Positions 1 to 10,673 of a stretch of 64,000 nucleotides of DNA are shown here, in pieces. The translations under genes were made by a program, and so were the position numbers. The notes below the pieces were generated by a model that saw only the letters and a list, made by a program, of their open reading frames with translations, did no database searches and was not told the DNA's origin. Position 1 is the first letter of the stretch, and each line of letters begins with the position of its first letter. Source of the stretch: Candidatus Bathyarchaeia archaeon (GTDB taxonomy: Archaea > Thermoproteota > Bathyarchaeia > Bathyarchaeales > Bathycorpusculaceae); the NCBI GenBank assembly GCA_049512935.1, contig JBEKWR010000011.1:1-64000 (forward strand). The letters are read 5' to 3'.

Positions 1-293
1 CAGTACTGAGAGCCAAACGATTCTTTAGTATTTTCCTCATTTATTTTTAAACTCCTTGAAAAGCACTTAGCGCAACTTTCGGATAAGTAAACTTGTGCGT
101 AGACAAATAAGACACATAACAAGACATGGTGAAGGCTGACAAGAAAACAATAAAAAAACATCTGGTTTTCCAAAAATACCCTAAAAACCTGGAAAAATCT
201 GAAGCAATCAGTCGCCTAAAAACAAAAATAACTTACTAAAAATGAAAGAATAAAGGGCAGCGTGATTTCAGGTTAGTTTATTTCACCGTTGAA

Positions 294-902
294 TTATGCT
301 GCGGGTGCTGCTTGAACATTCGTTTCGGTGTAGTACATTGCCTGCGCCGTGAAGACCGTCAGCCCGATTGTTGTGCCTATGTCGTTGATGGTGACGCTGT
401 TGGGGCTGTTGATGTACACGACCATTACGTCGCCCGACGGCAGCACCAGTTGCCCCGTAGTCGAACCAAGGGTGTTTGCAAATACTTGAGTGCCGTCTAT
501 CTTGACTGCAGTAGCGGCCGCAACTGGGGAAGTTATGTATGGTAAGGGCTGAGTCAAACCAGCATCAGGGGTTTGTCCTGTCGTAACCGCGTAAAGGTAG
601 AATACGCTGGTCCATGGAATGGGAATCCCGCGCACTTCAATCTGTTTAATGACTACGTCACGCCCGCCTAAATTAGATATCATGATTGCGCCCTCAGCAG
701 TACCAGTCGAGTCAACCCACACGTGCGGGTTACTAACTGAAAGGCTTTCCTGCTGAACTCTGGTGCTGACAACGTTCACTGCGAAGTAAACTAGTACGCT
801 TGCGAGTAGTATCGATACTACGAGGATTATCAGCGTTGTTATTACCGTGCTGAGTGCAAGACGGTTTTTTAATAGCCGGTTCATTCGGATCATTGGCTTC
901 AT
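294..902 (-). CDS. Archaellin/type IV pilin-like protein
   Basis: Class III-like signal peptide (KNRLA/LSTVITTLIILVVSILLASVLVYFA) followed by a beta-rich domain; start uncertain (902, 893 or 884). Confidence 0.7.
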   Translation of the reverse strand: MKPMIRMNRLLKNRLALSTVITTLIILVVSILLASVLVYFAVNVVSTRVQQESLSVSNPHVWVDSTGTAEGAIMISNLGGRDVVIKQIEVRGIPIPWTSVFYLYAVTTGQTPDAGLTQPLPYITSPVAAATAVKIDGTQVFANTLGSTTGQLVLPSGDVMVVYINSPNSVTINDIGTTIGLTVFTAQAMYYTETNVQAAPAA

Positions 903-1200
903 TTCACCTGTAGCAGTAAGAACAGACACTTCCTTATAAATATCTTCCGTAGCAAGATTCAATACACAATATAATTCTTGAAAATAAGAAACACAAAACT
1001 GATTTCAGAGTAAGTATTAAGCATGCAGGTCGAAAATGTAAGGTCTAAAATGCGGTGAGTTTCTGGTGAAAACTTTGGCGTTTTGCTGGCAGATTTTGTC
1101 ATAAGCCTACGTGGGCAGGCTTATATGATTAATTTTCTGTCTTTCAAATTCAGATTGAGCCTTCATAACTGATATTGTCCAGCAGCGCATTACCTAGCGT

Positions 1201-2865
1201 TTGCAAGCTGATTTAGCCATGCCCCCCAAAAACAGCAGCGCAGCAGCAATCCTATCGCTGATTACAGTCTTAGCGTTGATTATCAGTCCACTTGCCATTG
1301 CTTCAACGTCCAGCACCAGCACGCAGTCGTCCACCGTCCAATTAACTGCGACGCAGGAGTACCTCAATTACGTGCACAACTTTGTTGGCGCGCAGGGAAA
1401 CTGCACCTACGTTGAAAAACCAATGTTCCCAGTTCTAATCAACAACAATCAGATTCCAATCGGCCAAAACTGGACCATCATCTGCCCCCTGCAGAAGGGT
1501 CACAACTACCATATCTACTTTTATGGGTCTTACATAAACACCTCATCCGTTGCGAAATGTGACTACAACGTCTACGTCTACGACCCAGATGGAGCGTTGG
1601 AGAGTACCCACACCCAGTCAGCTGGACTTCCCGAGCACTTAGGCACAAACGTTACTGTTCCGCTTTTCACGCCGACGCAAACGGGCAACTACACGTTTGT
1701 CATAACCAACAACCCGGTGGACAGCTACAGCGCGCAGGAAGCTACCTTCATGATTATTGAGAACCTTCAGACCGATGTGTGGTACACGACTCCTATTGAA
1801 GGCACAAACGATGGCAGCACAAGTTTCTACACGAACTGGGCGTATGAGTTTGAAACCAACGCGTCCAAAGTCGCCCTGTACATAAATGTTCCAGACACGC
1901 TAGACATGTATGAAGCCAGACTCTACTTGATGAATAACGCGCAATCTCCAACCTTGGACAACTTTCCGCTTCCCTGGGAGCCGGGCTTGTACGGTAACCT
2001 GAGCGGTTCAGTAGGCGGCTACAACTTCGAACCAAACAGCTACAGGGGCGTCGCCTACGCGAGCTGCGAGTACATGGGGGAACCGATGTTTCTAAACTAC
2101 ACTTCACCTAACAAGGGAGCAAACCTCTACCAGGTAGTGCTTATGGGCGAGGTAGGTTCAGGAAATCTCACGTTCATGTTGAAGAGCAGCTTTTTGAATT
2201 CCACTTTGACGCCGGTAACGGTTCCAAAAAAAGTGTTTCCTGACGAGGCAGCCCAAGTCGCCTTCACCTCGAACAACACGGATTTGTCGTCGGCTCAACT
2301 TTCATACACCACGGACGACTGGAACAGGAGTTACGCGGTCAGCATGCAGGTCAGCAACCAAACATGTAGCGGCTCTATTCCAGGACAAAAGGCGGGGTCG
2401 TTTGTGCAGTACAGAGTTAACGCGACAGACGTTATGGAGAACATGTGGCTGGCGTCAGGGAACTACACTGTAAAAGGCAATGCTACACTGGACATCGCCG
2501 TTGCCAAAAACAAAATACTCTTGGGACAAAGCATCAAGGTCACGGGAACCCTAACCCCGAACTTTAACAACTCAATCGTCAACATCCAGTTTGCCGATGC
2601 CAACTCAGTCAAAATCCTCAACTGCACGGTCAGCGGAAACGGCACGTTCACGGCAACTTGGAAGCCCACCGCTTCTGGACTTTGGTCTGTAATTGCAAAT
2701 ACAAACATGACACAAACGAGCTTCGCCGCCTATAGCCAACAAGTCATGGTTACGGTCACTCCGCCGCCGCTTTACATCAGGTACTCGCTATACCTTATAG
2801 TGGGGTTTGTCGCTCTTATGGCACTGTGCGGAGTAGCCTACTTTTTAAGCTCTAGACGAAGCTAA
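1201..2865 (+). CDS. Secreted, C-terminally membrane-anchored surface protein with Ig-like domains
   Basis: Signal peptide, many N-x-S/T sequons, C-terminal TM helix with basic tail. Confidence 0.7.
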   Translation: MQADLAMPPKNSSAAAILSLITVLALIISPLAIASTSSTSTQSSTVQLTATQEYLNYVHNFVGAQGNCTYVEKPMFPVLINNNQIPIGQNWTIICPLQKGHNYHIYFYGSYINTSSVAKCDYNVYVYDPDGALESTHTQSAGLPEHLGTNVTVPLFTPTQTGNYTFVITNNPVDSYSAQEATFMIIENLQTDVWYTTPIEGTNDGSTSFYTNWAYEFETNASKVALYINVPDTLDMYEARLYLMNNAQSPTLDNFPLPWEPGLYGNLSGSVGGYNFEPNSYRGVAYASCEYMGEPMFLNYTSPNKGANLYQVVLMGEVGSGNLTFMLKSSFLNSTLTPVTVPKKVFPDEAAQVAFTSNNTDLSSAQLSYTTDDWNRSYAVSMQVSNQTCSGSIPGQKAGSFVQYRVNATDVMENMWLASGNYTVKGNATLDIAVAKNKILLGQSIKVTGTLTPNFNNSIVNIQFADANSVKILNCTVSGNGTFTATWKPTASGLWSVIANTNMTQTSFAAYSQQVMVTVTPPPLYIRYSLYLIVGFVALMALCGVAYFLSSRRS

Positions 2866-3360
2866 GAGGCAAGCCGCGCTTAATCAGGCAAGACCGGGTA
2901 AGAAGCTACAGCTAAGTTTTCAGTGGATCTAGCTTGTGCTTTAAAAAGAGTTTGTTCTTTAAAGTTCTGTTTGTTATTCATGACTAATTGTGTGTTGCTG
3001 TAGTATGCCACCCACATAATTTTAATAACTTAATTCAAGAAATCACTGTTGAGAGATTATGTGTAATTTACCAAACATGCAAGTTTCTGAGCTTAAAGAG
3101 ATTTCTCAATCCGCTGGCAAACGAACGGGAAAAAGCGAGCCTGAACTGGTTAGCATAAGACTAGCTGATTACCAGCTAATGGGAAATACTCGTTAATAAG
3201 CGAAAAAGTCTACTTGCAAATGCTTCGGAAAAAGTCTTTTGTAAACTAAACTGTAATTTTCCACCGTAGGTTCTAAATGAGTCTGGTTTTAGAACGATAA
3301 GGTTGCAAAAAACAAAGCCTTATTTGATATTGAACCTTAATTCTTAGCGGAGGCAGATTC

Positions 3361-3681
3361 GTGGACGACATGGAAAATTTTTGCCCTGCTTTAGATGAGA
3401 AAGAACTCAAAGAGGGAACAATGAAGCTCGTATCCATCGATGGCACACCGATCCTACTGATTAAACAGGGAGGTCAAATCTTCGCTATCGACAACCGATG
3501 CCCACACCAAGGCTGCGGGTTTTCAGGAGGAACCTTGGACGGCTTCATCATAGTTTGTCCCTGTCATGACTGGCATTTTGACCTCAGAACGGGCGAGTAC
3601 GATAAAGAGCCAACGTTTACACTCACAGTGTACGAGTGGAAAATTAAAGATGGAAAAATCTGGGTGCGGCTCGAAGACTAG
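3361..3681 (+). CDS. Rieske [2Fe-2S] ferredoxin
   Basis: CPH...CPCH Rieske ligands. Confidence 0.9.
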   Translation: MDDMENFCPALDEKELKEGTMKLVSIDGTPILLIKQGGQIFAIDNRCPHQGCGFSGGTLDGFIIVCPCHDWHFDLRTGEYDKEPTFTLTVYEWKIKDGKIWVRLED

Positions 3682-3709
3682 AACTCAGTGGGGCAAGCAG
3701 CTTTGTCTT

Positions 3710-4642
3710 TTAGTGTTCAAGGCATGAAATGGCTTCATTTTTGAATTTGTAGTTCTTGCAGAAGCCCCAGAATGCCTCGGCTATTTTTATTAGAGGTCTT
3801 TTCGGTCTCGCCATGTATAGTTTTCGAGGATTTTTTGCTTCTTTGATTTTGACCATTCTAATTAAGCCTGCAGCTTGAGCTTTCGTCGCCGCTATTGAGC
3901 CGACTACGCTTATGCCTCTTCCTTCTGAAACTGCGGTAATTACTGATTCTGTGCTTCCAAGTTCCAACCCTGCCCTCAACCGTTCAACTGAGAATTTACT
4001 GTCTTGAAGTAGTCGCTCGACCTCTTTTCTGGTTCCCGATGTCTCTTCGCGGCTGATGAACGGGTACTTGGCTAATTCAGCGACCTTGACCGCTTCATCC
4101 TTGGCTAATTCATGATTGCACGGCACGATAAGGACCAACTCTTCTTCGCCTACTTGAACAAAATCAAACTTTTCTTCAAACCCCCTCATCGTTCCGACAG
4201 CTGCAAAATCAACGTTGTCCGCTTCAAGGCTGCCCAGACTGCTGAGGCTGTCTTCCGCTTTTATTCGGAATTTCACGTCGGGATGACGCTTTTGAAATTC
4301 AGCGATCAAGCTGGGAATTATGTGCTCTCCAGGTATGGTGCTTGCAGCAATTCTTATCATGCCCGACAGATTTTGTTTGGCTGAAGAAATTTTAGCCTTA
4401 GCCTCTTGAGCTTCTTGCAGCATTTTTTCAGCGGCTTCCTTCAGCGTCGCGCCAGCCGTGGTGACCTCTACGCCGTTTGCCGTTCGCATGAACAGTTCAA
4501 CGTCGAAGCATTCCTCTAACGCGGCTACATGATGGCTAACGGTGCCTTGGCTGGTTCCAAGCTCCTTAGCGGCTGCCGAGAAGCTGCGGGTTCTCGCCAC
4601 CGTAAGGAACGTCTTGAGGTAATCGAGCCTGATCGTTTCCAC
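3710..4642 (-). CDS. LysR-family regulator (CysL/selenium-metabolism-associated type)
   Basis: N-terminal HTH (SFSAAAKELGTSQGTVS); IAASTIPGEH and SREETSGTR motifs. Confidence 0.9.
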   Translation of the reverse strand: METIRLDYLKTFLTVARTRSFSAAAKELGTSQGTVSHHVAALEECFDVELFMRTANGVEVTTAGATLKEAAEKMLQEAQEAKAKISSAKQNLSGMIRIAASTIPGEHIIPSLIAEFQKRHPDVKFRIKAEDSLSSLGSLEADNVDFAAVGTMRGFEEKFDFVQVGEEELVLIVPCNHELAKDEAVKVAELAKYPFISREETSGTRKEVERLLQDSKFSVERLRAGLELGSTESVITAVSEGRGISVVGSIAATKAQAAGLIRMVKIKEAKNPRKLYMARPKRPLIKIAEAFWGFCKNYKFKNEAISCLEH

Positions 4643-4958
4643 GCGTTTTGCGCCTCTGCTAAGTTTGAGGGTCGATGTTGGTTATTTGCGTTTTGTATAG
4701 TAGGTCCTTCTAAGTCCGCACGGAAATTATAGTATCAACAACAACATCAACAACAACCAAAAATGGGCGTTACTCCTATGGACCTATTACTGGCTATCCA
4801 TTATTGATTGGAATGGTTTCATCTATGCTGCTAGGTACGGAAATGATGAATAGCTATGCAGGAGCACTTCACCAAATGTCTCAATATATCCCAAAATATT
4901 CAATCATATAAGTTTATATAACTGTTTTAGTAGTAGTGATAGTGGTAAGTAAAAGAGG

Positions 4959-5225
4959 TTGGGCAAGATGTCTAAAGTATTGCATGAACCAAAATTGGAT
5001 AGCATACTAATGGTAGAAAATGCAATCTTAACGGCTGATGATTACTATACAAGAACACAACTCTGGAAGAGACTGCCCAAAAAGATGCAATACCAAACAT
5101 ATAAGCGAATACTAAATTATCTGGAAGCTTCTGGAAAGATAGCATTTAATTCAACACGCATCATCTATACGGGCGCTAATAACGACAAACTAAAGCAAAT
5201 GATAGCATCTTGTGTTGAAATCTAA
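4959..5225 (+). CDS. Small winged-helix protein, possible antitoxin
   Basis: 88 aa; wHTH-like ILNYLEASGKI; converges on and overlaps a RelE-like ORF. Confidence 0.55.
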   Translation: MGKMSKVLHEPKLDSILMVENAILTADDYYTRTQLWKRLPKKMQYQTYKRILNYLEASGKIAFNSTRIIYTGANNDKLKQMIASCVEI

Positions 5226-5545
5226 GTCGTATTATAACCAAAACGCAAATCATATTCTGCATGAGTCATAATATCGAAAATGCGTGGACAGCCCTCTATT
5301 ATTGCGTAGCATGAACGGTGTCCTTCAGGATGGTCATACCTGTACAAGTGTGAAACGCCAAATTTCTCGATGTAATACTTAGGTATTCTGTTTTTCTTAA
5401 TTAATTCTCCAGAAAACTTGTTTTCTTTGAGTACAATCTTCATATCAGCAACCCATTTGCGAAACTTGTGGTCGACAGACAAGGTTTGCAGGAAATCGTC
5501 CAATTCCTTGACAACATAAACATGGCTAGCGGGTACTCTAGGCAT
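5222..5545 (-). CDS. Putative RelE/ParE-like toxin
   Basis: 107 aa basic protein; LYRYDHPEGHRSCY and THAEYDLRFGY resemble archaeal RelE-fold proteins. Confidence 0.5.
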   Translation of the reverse strand: MPRVPASHVYVVKELDDFLQTLSVDHKFRKWVADMKIVLKENKFSGELIKKNRIPKYYIEKFGVSHLYRYDHPEGHRSCYAIIEGCPRIFDIMTHAEYDLRFGYNTT

Positions 5546-5675
5546 GGCTATTAACGATAACCCGCAGGCACTTAAGAGTTTTCCATAAAATACAAACGCT
5601 TAAAACTGCTCAGATATCAATTTTCTGTAGAAGAAACCCTTATATCAGTTTTTTTAATATTCATTATTAAGTTAT

Positions 5676-6041
5676 TTGAGGTTGAAAAAGTTGGCAACAT
5701 TCACCTTGATAATATACGAAGCACCATACGCAAAAGAACGTGCACTCTCCGCCCTCCGATTCGCATGGACCTGTGACATAGAAGGACACAAAGTAAGAAT
5801 CTGGCTCTTTGAAAACGGCGTTTACCTAGCCAAGAAGGGCCAGAAACCCGCCCAAGGCTTAACCAACTACGGGCAAATGCTCGAAGACCTGATCAAAGGC
5901 GGGGCGGAAGCCAAAGCCTGCGTCGTCTGCTGCGAAGCCCGAGGCTTAACCCAAGCTGACCTTCTGGACGGCGTGAAGGTTGCTACTGTTCATGAGCTTG
6001 TTGATTGGACAGTTAACTGTGACAAAGTAATTACCTTCTAG
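5676..6041 (+). CDS. DsrE-family sulfur relay protein
   Basis: APYAKER, LFENGVY and CVVCCEARG motifs. Confidence 0.88.
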   Translation: MRLKKLATFTLIIYEAPYAKERALSALRFAWTCDIEGHKVRIWLFENGVYLAKKGQKPAQGLTNYGQMLEDLIKGGAEAKACVVCCEARGLTQADLLDGVKVATVHELVDWTVNCDKVITF

Positions 6042-6050
6042 GGGCTGAAG

Positions 6051-6275
6051 ATGGAAACCGAAAAGTTAGACGTTAAAGGAAAGATGTGCCCCATGCCAGT
6101 GGCGTTCACTAAACGGAAGCTGGAGGGCATGGCGTCTGGGCAGCTTCTGGAAGTTATCGGTGAGGGTGAACTCGAGTTTGATAACGTTCAGCGTTGGGTT
6201 AAGAATAACGGACACGAGGTTGTTGAGGCTTCCAAGAGTGGAGCCGAATTCAAGATAGTGATTAAGAAACGTTGA
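6051..6275 (+). CDS. tusA: TusA/SirA-family sulfur carrier
   Basis: LDVKGKMCPMP motif, 74 aa. Confidence 0.9.
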   Translation: METEKLDVKGKMCPMPVAFTKRKLEGMASGQLLEVIGEGELEFDNVQRWVKNNGHEVVEASKSGAEFKIVIKKR

Positions 6276-6303
6276 GTTGTTGTTAACGGAGGAAGAATGA
6301 CTC

Positions 6304-7323
6304 ATGACCTACAGATTAACTAAGGCTGTTCCAGTTCACGGTTGCAGCTGCAAACTCCCACAATACCAGCTGGGAAGACTGCTTGATAACGCGGGTTTGT
6401 CAGGTGATTTCGGCGAGGCTGTCCTGGCTGGCCCATGGGAAAACTCCAGCGTAGTAAAAATAGCCGACAACATCGCGGTGTTGAACACTCTGGATTTCTT
6501 CACGCCCATGGTTGATGAAGCCGAGATTCAAGGCAGAATCGCGGGAAGCAACGTGACAAGCGACATATACGCTTTAGCAGTAACCAACATTGTCAGCGTC
6601 CTGTCGATCATGGCTTATCCCGAGAACATGCCTGACGAACTGGCGGTGGGCATGCTGAAAGGCTTCGGCGATTTCTGCCGTGAAATGGGCGCCCCCGTCG
6701 TCGGCGGCCACACCATCCGAAACCCTTGGCCAATCATCGGCGGAGCAGCAACAGGCATAGGCAACCCAGAAAAGATCGTTTACACGCGAGGCGCTAAGCC
6801 TGGCGACCAACTCTTCTTGACAAAGCCGCTCGGGATTGCTCCTGCGATGGCTGCGTACAGGCTTAGAAAAGAGGAAGAGGGAAAGGAACTGCTCAAAGAC
6901 ATCTCTGAGGAACTAGTGGAAGCCGCAGTTACCGAAGCCATTGAGGGAATGACAAGCTCGAACAAGCCCGTTGCTGAAGCCATGCAGAAGGTTCCAGTTC
7001 ACGCGGCAACTGACGTGACAGGCTTCGGCTTGACTGGACACGCGGGAAACATGGCTGTGCTCGGCAAAGTTGACATAGTCATCGACCAGTTGCCCGTGAT
7101 TCGTGGGACACCAGCATTGGCGGAACTCTTCGGTTACCCCTTGTTGACTGGGGAAGCGAAGGAAACCGCTGGCGGAATGCTGATTGCCGTCGCCAAGGGT
7201 GACGCGGATGATTTGGAAGATGAGTTGGACAAGCGCAGGGTAAGGCACTTCAAGGTGGGCTACGTGGCTGAAGGCCTAGGAAACGTTAAAGTTCTCAAGA
7301 ACGCCAAGGTCATTGAAACGTAA
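6304..7323 (+). CDS. selD: Selenophosphate synthetase (SelD) homolog, Cys type
   Basis: HGCSCKL, DFFTP, SDIYA, GGHT, TDVTGFGL and ETAGG motifs. Confidence 0.9.
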   Translation: MTYRLTKAVPVHGCSCKLPQYQLGRLLDNAGLSGDFGEAVLAGPWENSSVVKIADNIAVLNTLDFFTPMVDEAEIQGRIAGSNVTSDIYALAVTNIVSVLSIMAYPENMPDELAVGMLKGFGDFCREMGAPVVGGHTIRNPWPIIGGAATGIGNPEKIVYTRGAKPGDQLFLTKPLGIAPAMAAYRLRKEEEGKELLKDISEELVEAAVTEAIEGMTSSNKPVAEAMQKVPVHAATDVTGFGLTGHAGNMAVLGKVDIVIDQLPVIRGTPALAELFGYPLLTGEAKETAGGMLIAVAKGDADDLEDELDKRRVRHFKVGYVAEGLGNVKVLKNAKVIET

Positions 7324-7369
7324 AGATAACGTTAAACTTAATTCTTCTTGACGCCTCTATGTAGCTTCG

Positions 7370-7708
7370 GTGCCTTCAATGTCCGCGTTGCGCTATGAGG
7401 TTAAGCTTTGGATGGTTAACGAGAAGGGTGAATCTGTTTTCGGCGACGGTTTAGCTGAGCTGTTGGAAGAAATCGACAGACGCCATTCGATGCTGGAGAC
7501 CGCCAAGAATCTAGGCATGTCCTACCGTTATGCTCTCCACCGTATCACTTTGGCCGAGGAGAGGCTTGGTCAATCGCTTGTCAAACGCGTTCATGGCGGA
7601 GCGAAGGGCGGCGGCTCGTCTGAGGTTACGGATTTTGGCAGGGATTTAGTTAAGCGGTACCGCAATGCTCAAGTGGAGCTTAGCAAGCTTTTGGATAAAA
7701 TGCCCTGA
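7370..7708 (+). CDS. modE: ModE-type winged-helix molybdate regulator (HTH domain only)
   Basis: AKNLGMSYR and GGAKGGGS motifs; directly upstream of modABC. Confidence 0.85.
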   Translation: MPSMSALRYEVKLWMVNEKGESVFGDGLAELLEEIDRRHSMLETAKNLGMSYRYALHRITLAEERLGQSLVKRVHGGAKGGGSSEVTDFGRDLVKRYRNAQVELSKLLDKMP

Positions 7709-7798
7709 GAATCCACGGGCTAACGCTTATTTTTCTGTTGGCTTGATTGGTTGCCGCTGCGTTTTTTCTCTGGAAAGGTTTATATTTGAACAATAAAT

Positions 7799-7824
7799 TC
7801 GATATGACTAAATGATAATATCGA
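7799..7824. promoter_or_regulatory. Putative ModE operator at the modA promoter
   Basis: TCGATAT-N12-ATATCGA inverted repeat just downstream of the TTTATAT TATA box; CG-to-CG span of 24 bp as in the ModE box. Confidence 0.6.
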
Positions 7825-7834
7825 GATAATCAAC

Positions 7835-8686
7835 ATGAACACAAAATACCTTGCAATAATATTAGCGGTAATAATAGTAGTTGCTGCAGTATTAGGCTTC
7901 TTAGCATACAACGGAACATTCTCAGCTAAAAAGCCTACACTCATAGTTTTCGCCGCATCAAGCATGACCAACGTTATTGCCAACATGACCCAAGCATTCG
8001 AAAACGCAAACAACTGCAAGATAGTAGTTAACTCTGCCTCATCAAGCACCTTAGAAACTCAAATCGTTGCGGGATCACCATGCGATGTCTTCATGTCAGC
8101 TAACAACAAATGGACCATAGCACTAGACAGTTCAGGACTTCTATATCAAAACTATTACAATAATTTCACGAAGAACAGCCTTTGTATCATAGTGGCAGCA
8201 GGAAACCCGAAGGATATTACATCACTTGCAGATTTAGTTAAATCTGGAGTACGACTAATCGTAGCAGACGCGTCAGTACCTGTAGGCGAATACGCAAATG
8301 ACACCGTTTACAACATCGCTGCAACATGGGGCAACGCAACCAGCCCACTCTACGTATCCTCTGGCGCTTACCTAAATTACCCCACGAAATTTGCGGCAAA
8401 TGTCGTTTCCTATGAAGACACCGATGAAAACATAGTTGGCGATGTCTCCCTCAACGTTGGCACAGCTGACGCAGGCATCGTATTTGTCTCTGACTGGGCG
8501 TATGCCAACATGACACACGAACAAGTAACTTTCCTTCCAATACCTGCTTCGGTTAATCACATTGGCACTTACGGTATATGCATACCTAGCGAATCCACCC
8601 AGATAGCCTTATCACAAAAGTTCGAAAATTACTGGCTTTCATCTCAGGGGCAAGCGCTACTCACGGAATTCGGGTTCGGAACCTAA
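7835..8686 (+). CDS. modA: Molybdate ABC transporter substrate-binding protein
   Basis: VFAASSM, SSSTL, DVFMSAN and VPVGEYA motifs; N-terminal anchor. Confidence 0.9.
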   Translation: MNTKYLAIILAVIIVVAAVLGFLAYNGTFSAKKPTLIVFAASSMTNVIANMTQAFENANNCKIVVNSASSSTLETQIVAGSPCDVFMSANNKWTIALDSSGLLYQNYYNNFTKNSLCIIVAAGNPKDITSLADLVKSGVRLIVADASVPVGEYANDTVYNIAATWGNATSPLYVSSGAYLNYPTKFAANVVSYEDTDENIVGDVSLNVGTADAGIVFVSDWAYANMTHEQVTFLPIPASVNHIGTYGICIPSESTQIALSQKFENYWLSSQGQALLTEFGFGT

Positions 8687-8746
8687 GAGTGCATATAAGG
8701 CACTTCCACACCCCTTTTTTAACTAATTAACCGGTGTAAAAAAATA

Positions 8747-9565
8747 TTGAAGCGCACAAACGCGAATTCGTTATCAGACAAAATCGTACTTGTAATTCTA
8801 GGCCTCATCGTATTAACCTATTTTCTTTTCATCGCCATACCCGTCGTAGGAATCTTCTTAAAAATCGAGCCAAGCCAAGTTAACGCTCAACTGCATAACG
8901 CTCAGATAATAAACGCCATACAACTGAGCCTGTTTACGTCTGCCACTGCAACCCTTATCGCGTTTGTCTTAGCGGTGCCCACCGCTTATTTTATGGCGAC
9001 GAGAAATTTCCCTGGAAAAACAGTCTTAGACACCTTGATGGATTTACCTATAGTTTTGCCGCCTGCCGTGGCAGGTATAGTTCTGCTTTATGCTTTCGCG
9101 CCTAAGGGCATATTAGGTCCCATTTTTAACAGGTTAGGATTAATCATACCCGGCAGCACAATAGCAGTTATCATCGCTGAATGTTTCGTAGCATCGCCCT
9201 TCCTGTTAAGATCCGCCAAAACAGGGTTCGAAAACATGGATAAAGACATCATCAATAGCGCCAAAATGCTAAGTGACTCTCGCCTAAGGATATTTTTCAC
9301 AATCGCTCTTCCTTTGTCGATACGCGCAATAATTTCTGGAACCATGATGACCTGGGCAAGAGCCATGGGCGAGTTCGGCGCAACTCTAATGTTTGCGGGG
9401 AACCTGCCGGGTATCACGCAGACAATGCCTCTGGCAATCTACGTGCTACTGTACTCTAATCCTCTAGGCGGAGTCATGTTAGCCATCATCTTAATTATCA
9501 TCTCGTTCTCTATCCTCATAGTCGTTAAGGTTCTTGAACAAAAACGGTTTGGACCCAAAAAATGA
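8747..9565 (+). CDS. modB: Molybdate ABC transporter permease
   Basis: DLPIVLPPAVAG and WARAMGEFGAT motifs. Confidence 0.92.
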   Translation: MKRTNANSLSDKIVLVILGLIVLTYFLFIAIPVVGIFLKIEPSQVNAQLHNAQIINAIQLSLFTSATATLIAFVLAVPTAYFMATRNFPGKTVLDTLMDLPIVLPPAVAGIVLLYAFAPKGILGPIFNRLGLIIPGSTIAVIIAECFVASPFLLRSAKTGFENMDKDIINSAKMLSDSRLRIFFTIALPLSIRAIISGTMMTWARAMGEFGATLMFAGNLPGITQTMPLAIYVLLYSNPLGGVMLAIILIIISFSILIVVKVLEQKRFGPKK

Positions 9566-10668
9566 TTAAAGTTAATTCAGTCTCAAAGTCATTCGGCGAA
9601 AAAAAAGTTATAGAAAACTTGAATCTGGAAGTCGAAAACGAAGAAATCCTGTCATTACTTGGGCCAAACGGTTGCGGAAAAACGACGCTGCTGAATATCC
9701 TGTCAGGCTTACTAAGACAAGACTGCGGCGACGTTTACATTAACGATGCTTTAGTCAGTGGAAATTCGGGCGCAAAAAATGTTCATGTGAAGCCTTCAGA
9801 CCGCAAAGTCGGCTACGTGTTCCAAACGACATCTCTTTTCCCGCACATGCGCGTTCAAGACAACGTGGCATACGGGCTGAAAGCCTTGCATTTTCCCAGC
9901 CAAGAAGTCAAAAAAAGAACCAATGATCTGCTTGATTTTGTCGGTCTTCGTGAATACGCAATGTTCTACCCAAACCAACTCAGTGGAGGACAAAAGCAGC
10001 GAATTGCGTTGGCCAGATCATTAGCAACCGAGCCGGAAGTCCTGCTTTTAGACGAGCCTGTTTCCGCGGTTGACCCGCAATTAAGAGAATCATTCAGGTT
10101 GGAACTCAAGAATTATCTGCAGGCGCTCAAAATCACGGTGGTTTACGTTACGCATAATTTGTCTGAAGCATTCGTGATGTCCGACAGGATAGCAGTTATG
10201 GGTAACGGGCACATTGAGCAGGTAGGCGACAAAACTGAGATTTTCGATAAGCCAAGTTCATCGTACGTTGCAAAGTTTTTGGGGATCAACACGTTCAAGG
10301 GTAAAGTCGTTAAAACTGGCACTGAACTTATGGAAATCGAAGCAAACGGCGTGAAACTGTTGGCGCCCGCAGCAACTAGCCTGCTTGGAAAAGGGGTAAT
10401 AGCTACAATAAAATCTGAAGACATCTCGGTTTCAAAATCGCCTATTTCAGATTTTAAAGATCCTTCTTGGAACACTGTCGAAGGTACTATCGCCGAGATG
10501 GTTCAGATGAGGTCAAACGCCCAGGTCACCATAGACGCGGGATTCTTGATTAAAACTCGGATTTCCTTGAGCTCCATTAAAGATCAGCAGCTTAGCATAG
10601 GAGACAAAGTGTACGTGCGTTTTAGCGCCACAGCATTAAATGTCTTCGCAGATAGTATCAGTGGCTAA
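9562..10668 (+). CDS. modC: Molybdate ABC transporter ATPase with TOBE domains
   Basis: GPNGCGKT, LSGGQ and LLLDEP motifs. Confidence 0.9.
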   Translation: MIKVNSVSKSFGEKKVIENLNLEVENEEILSLLGPNGCGKTTLLNILSGLLRQDCGDVYINDALVSGNSGAKNVHVKPSDRKVGYVFQTTSLFPHMRVQDNVAYGLKALHFPSQEVKKRTNDLLDFVGLREYAMFYPNQLSGGQKQRIALARSLATEPEVLLLDEPVSAVDPQLRESFRLELKNYLQALKITVVYVTHNLSEAFVMSDRIAVMGNGHIEQVGDKTEIFDKPSSSYVAKFLGINTFKGKVVKTGTELMEIEANGVKLLAPAATSLLGKGVIATIKSEDISVSKSPISDFKDPSWNTVEGTIAEMVQMRSNAQVTIDAGFLIKTRISLSSIKDQQLSIGDKVYVRFSATALNVFADSISG

Positions 10669-10673
10669 CGACC

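Noticed and set aside
4736-4759. (CAA)n-like tract upstream of lysR
   Set aside because: Short, imperfect simple repeat with no supporting context.
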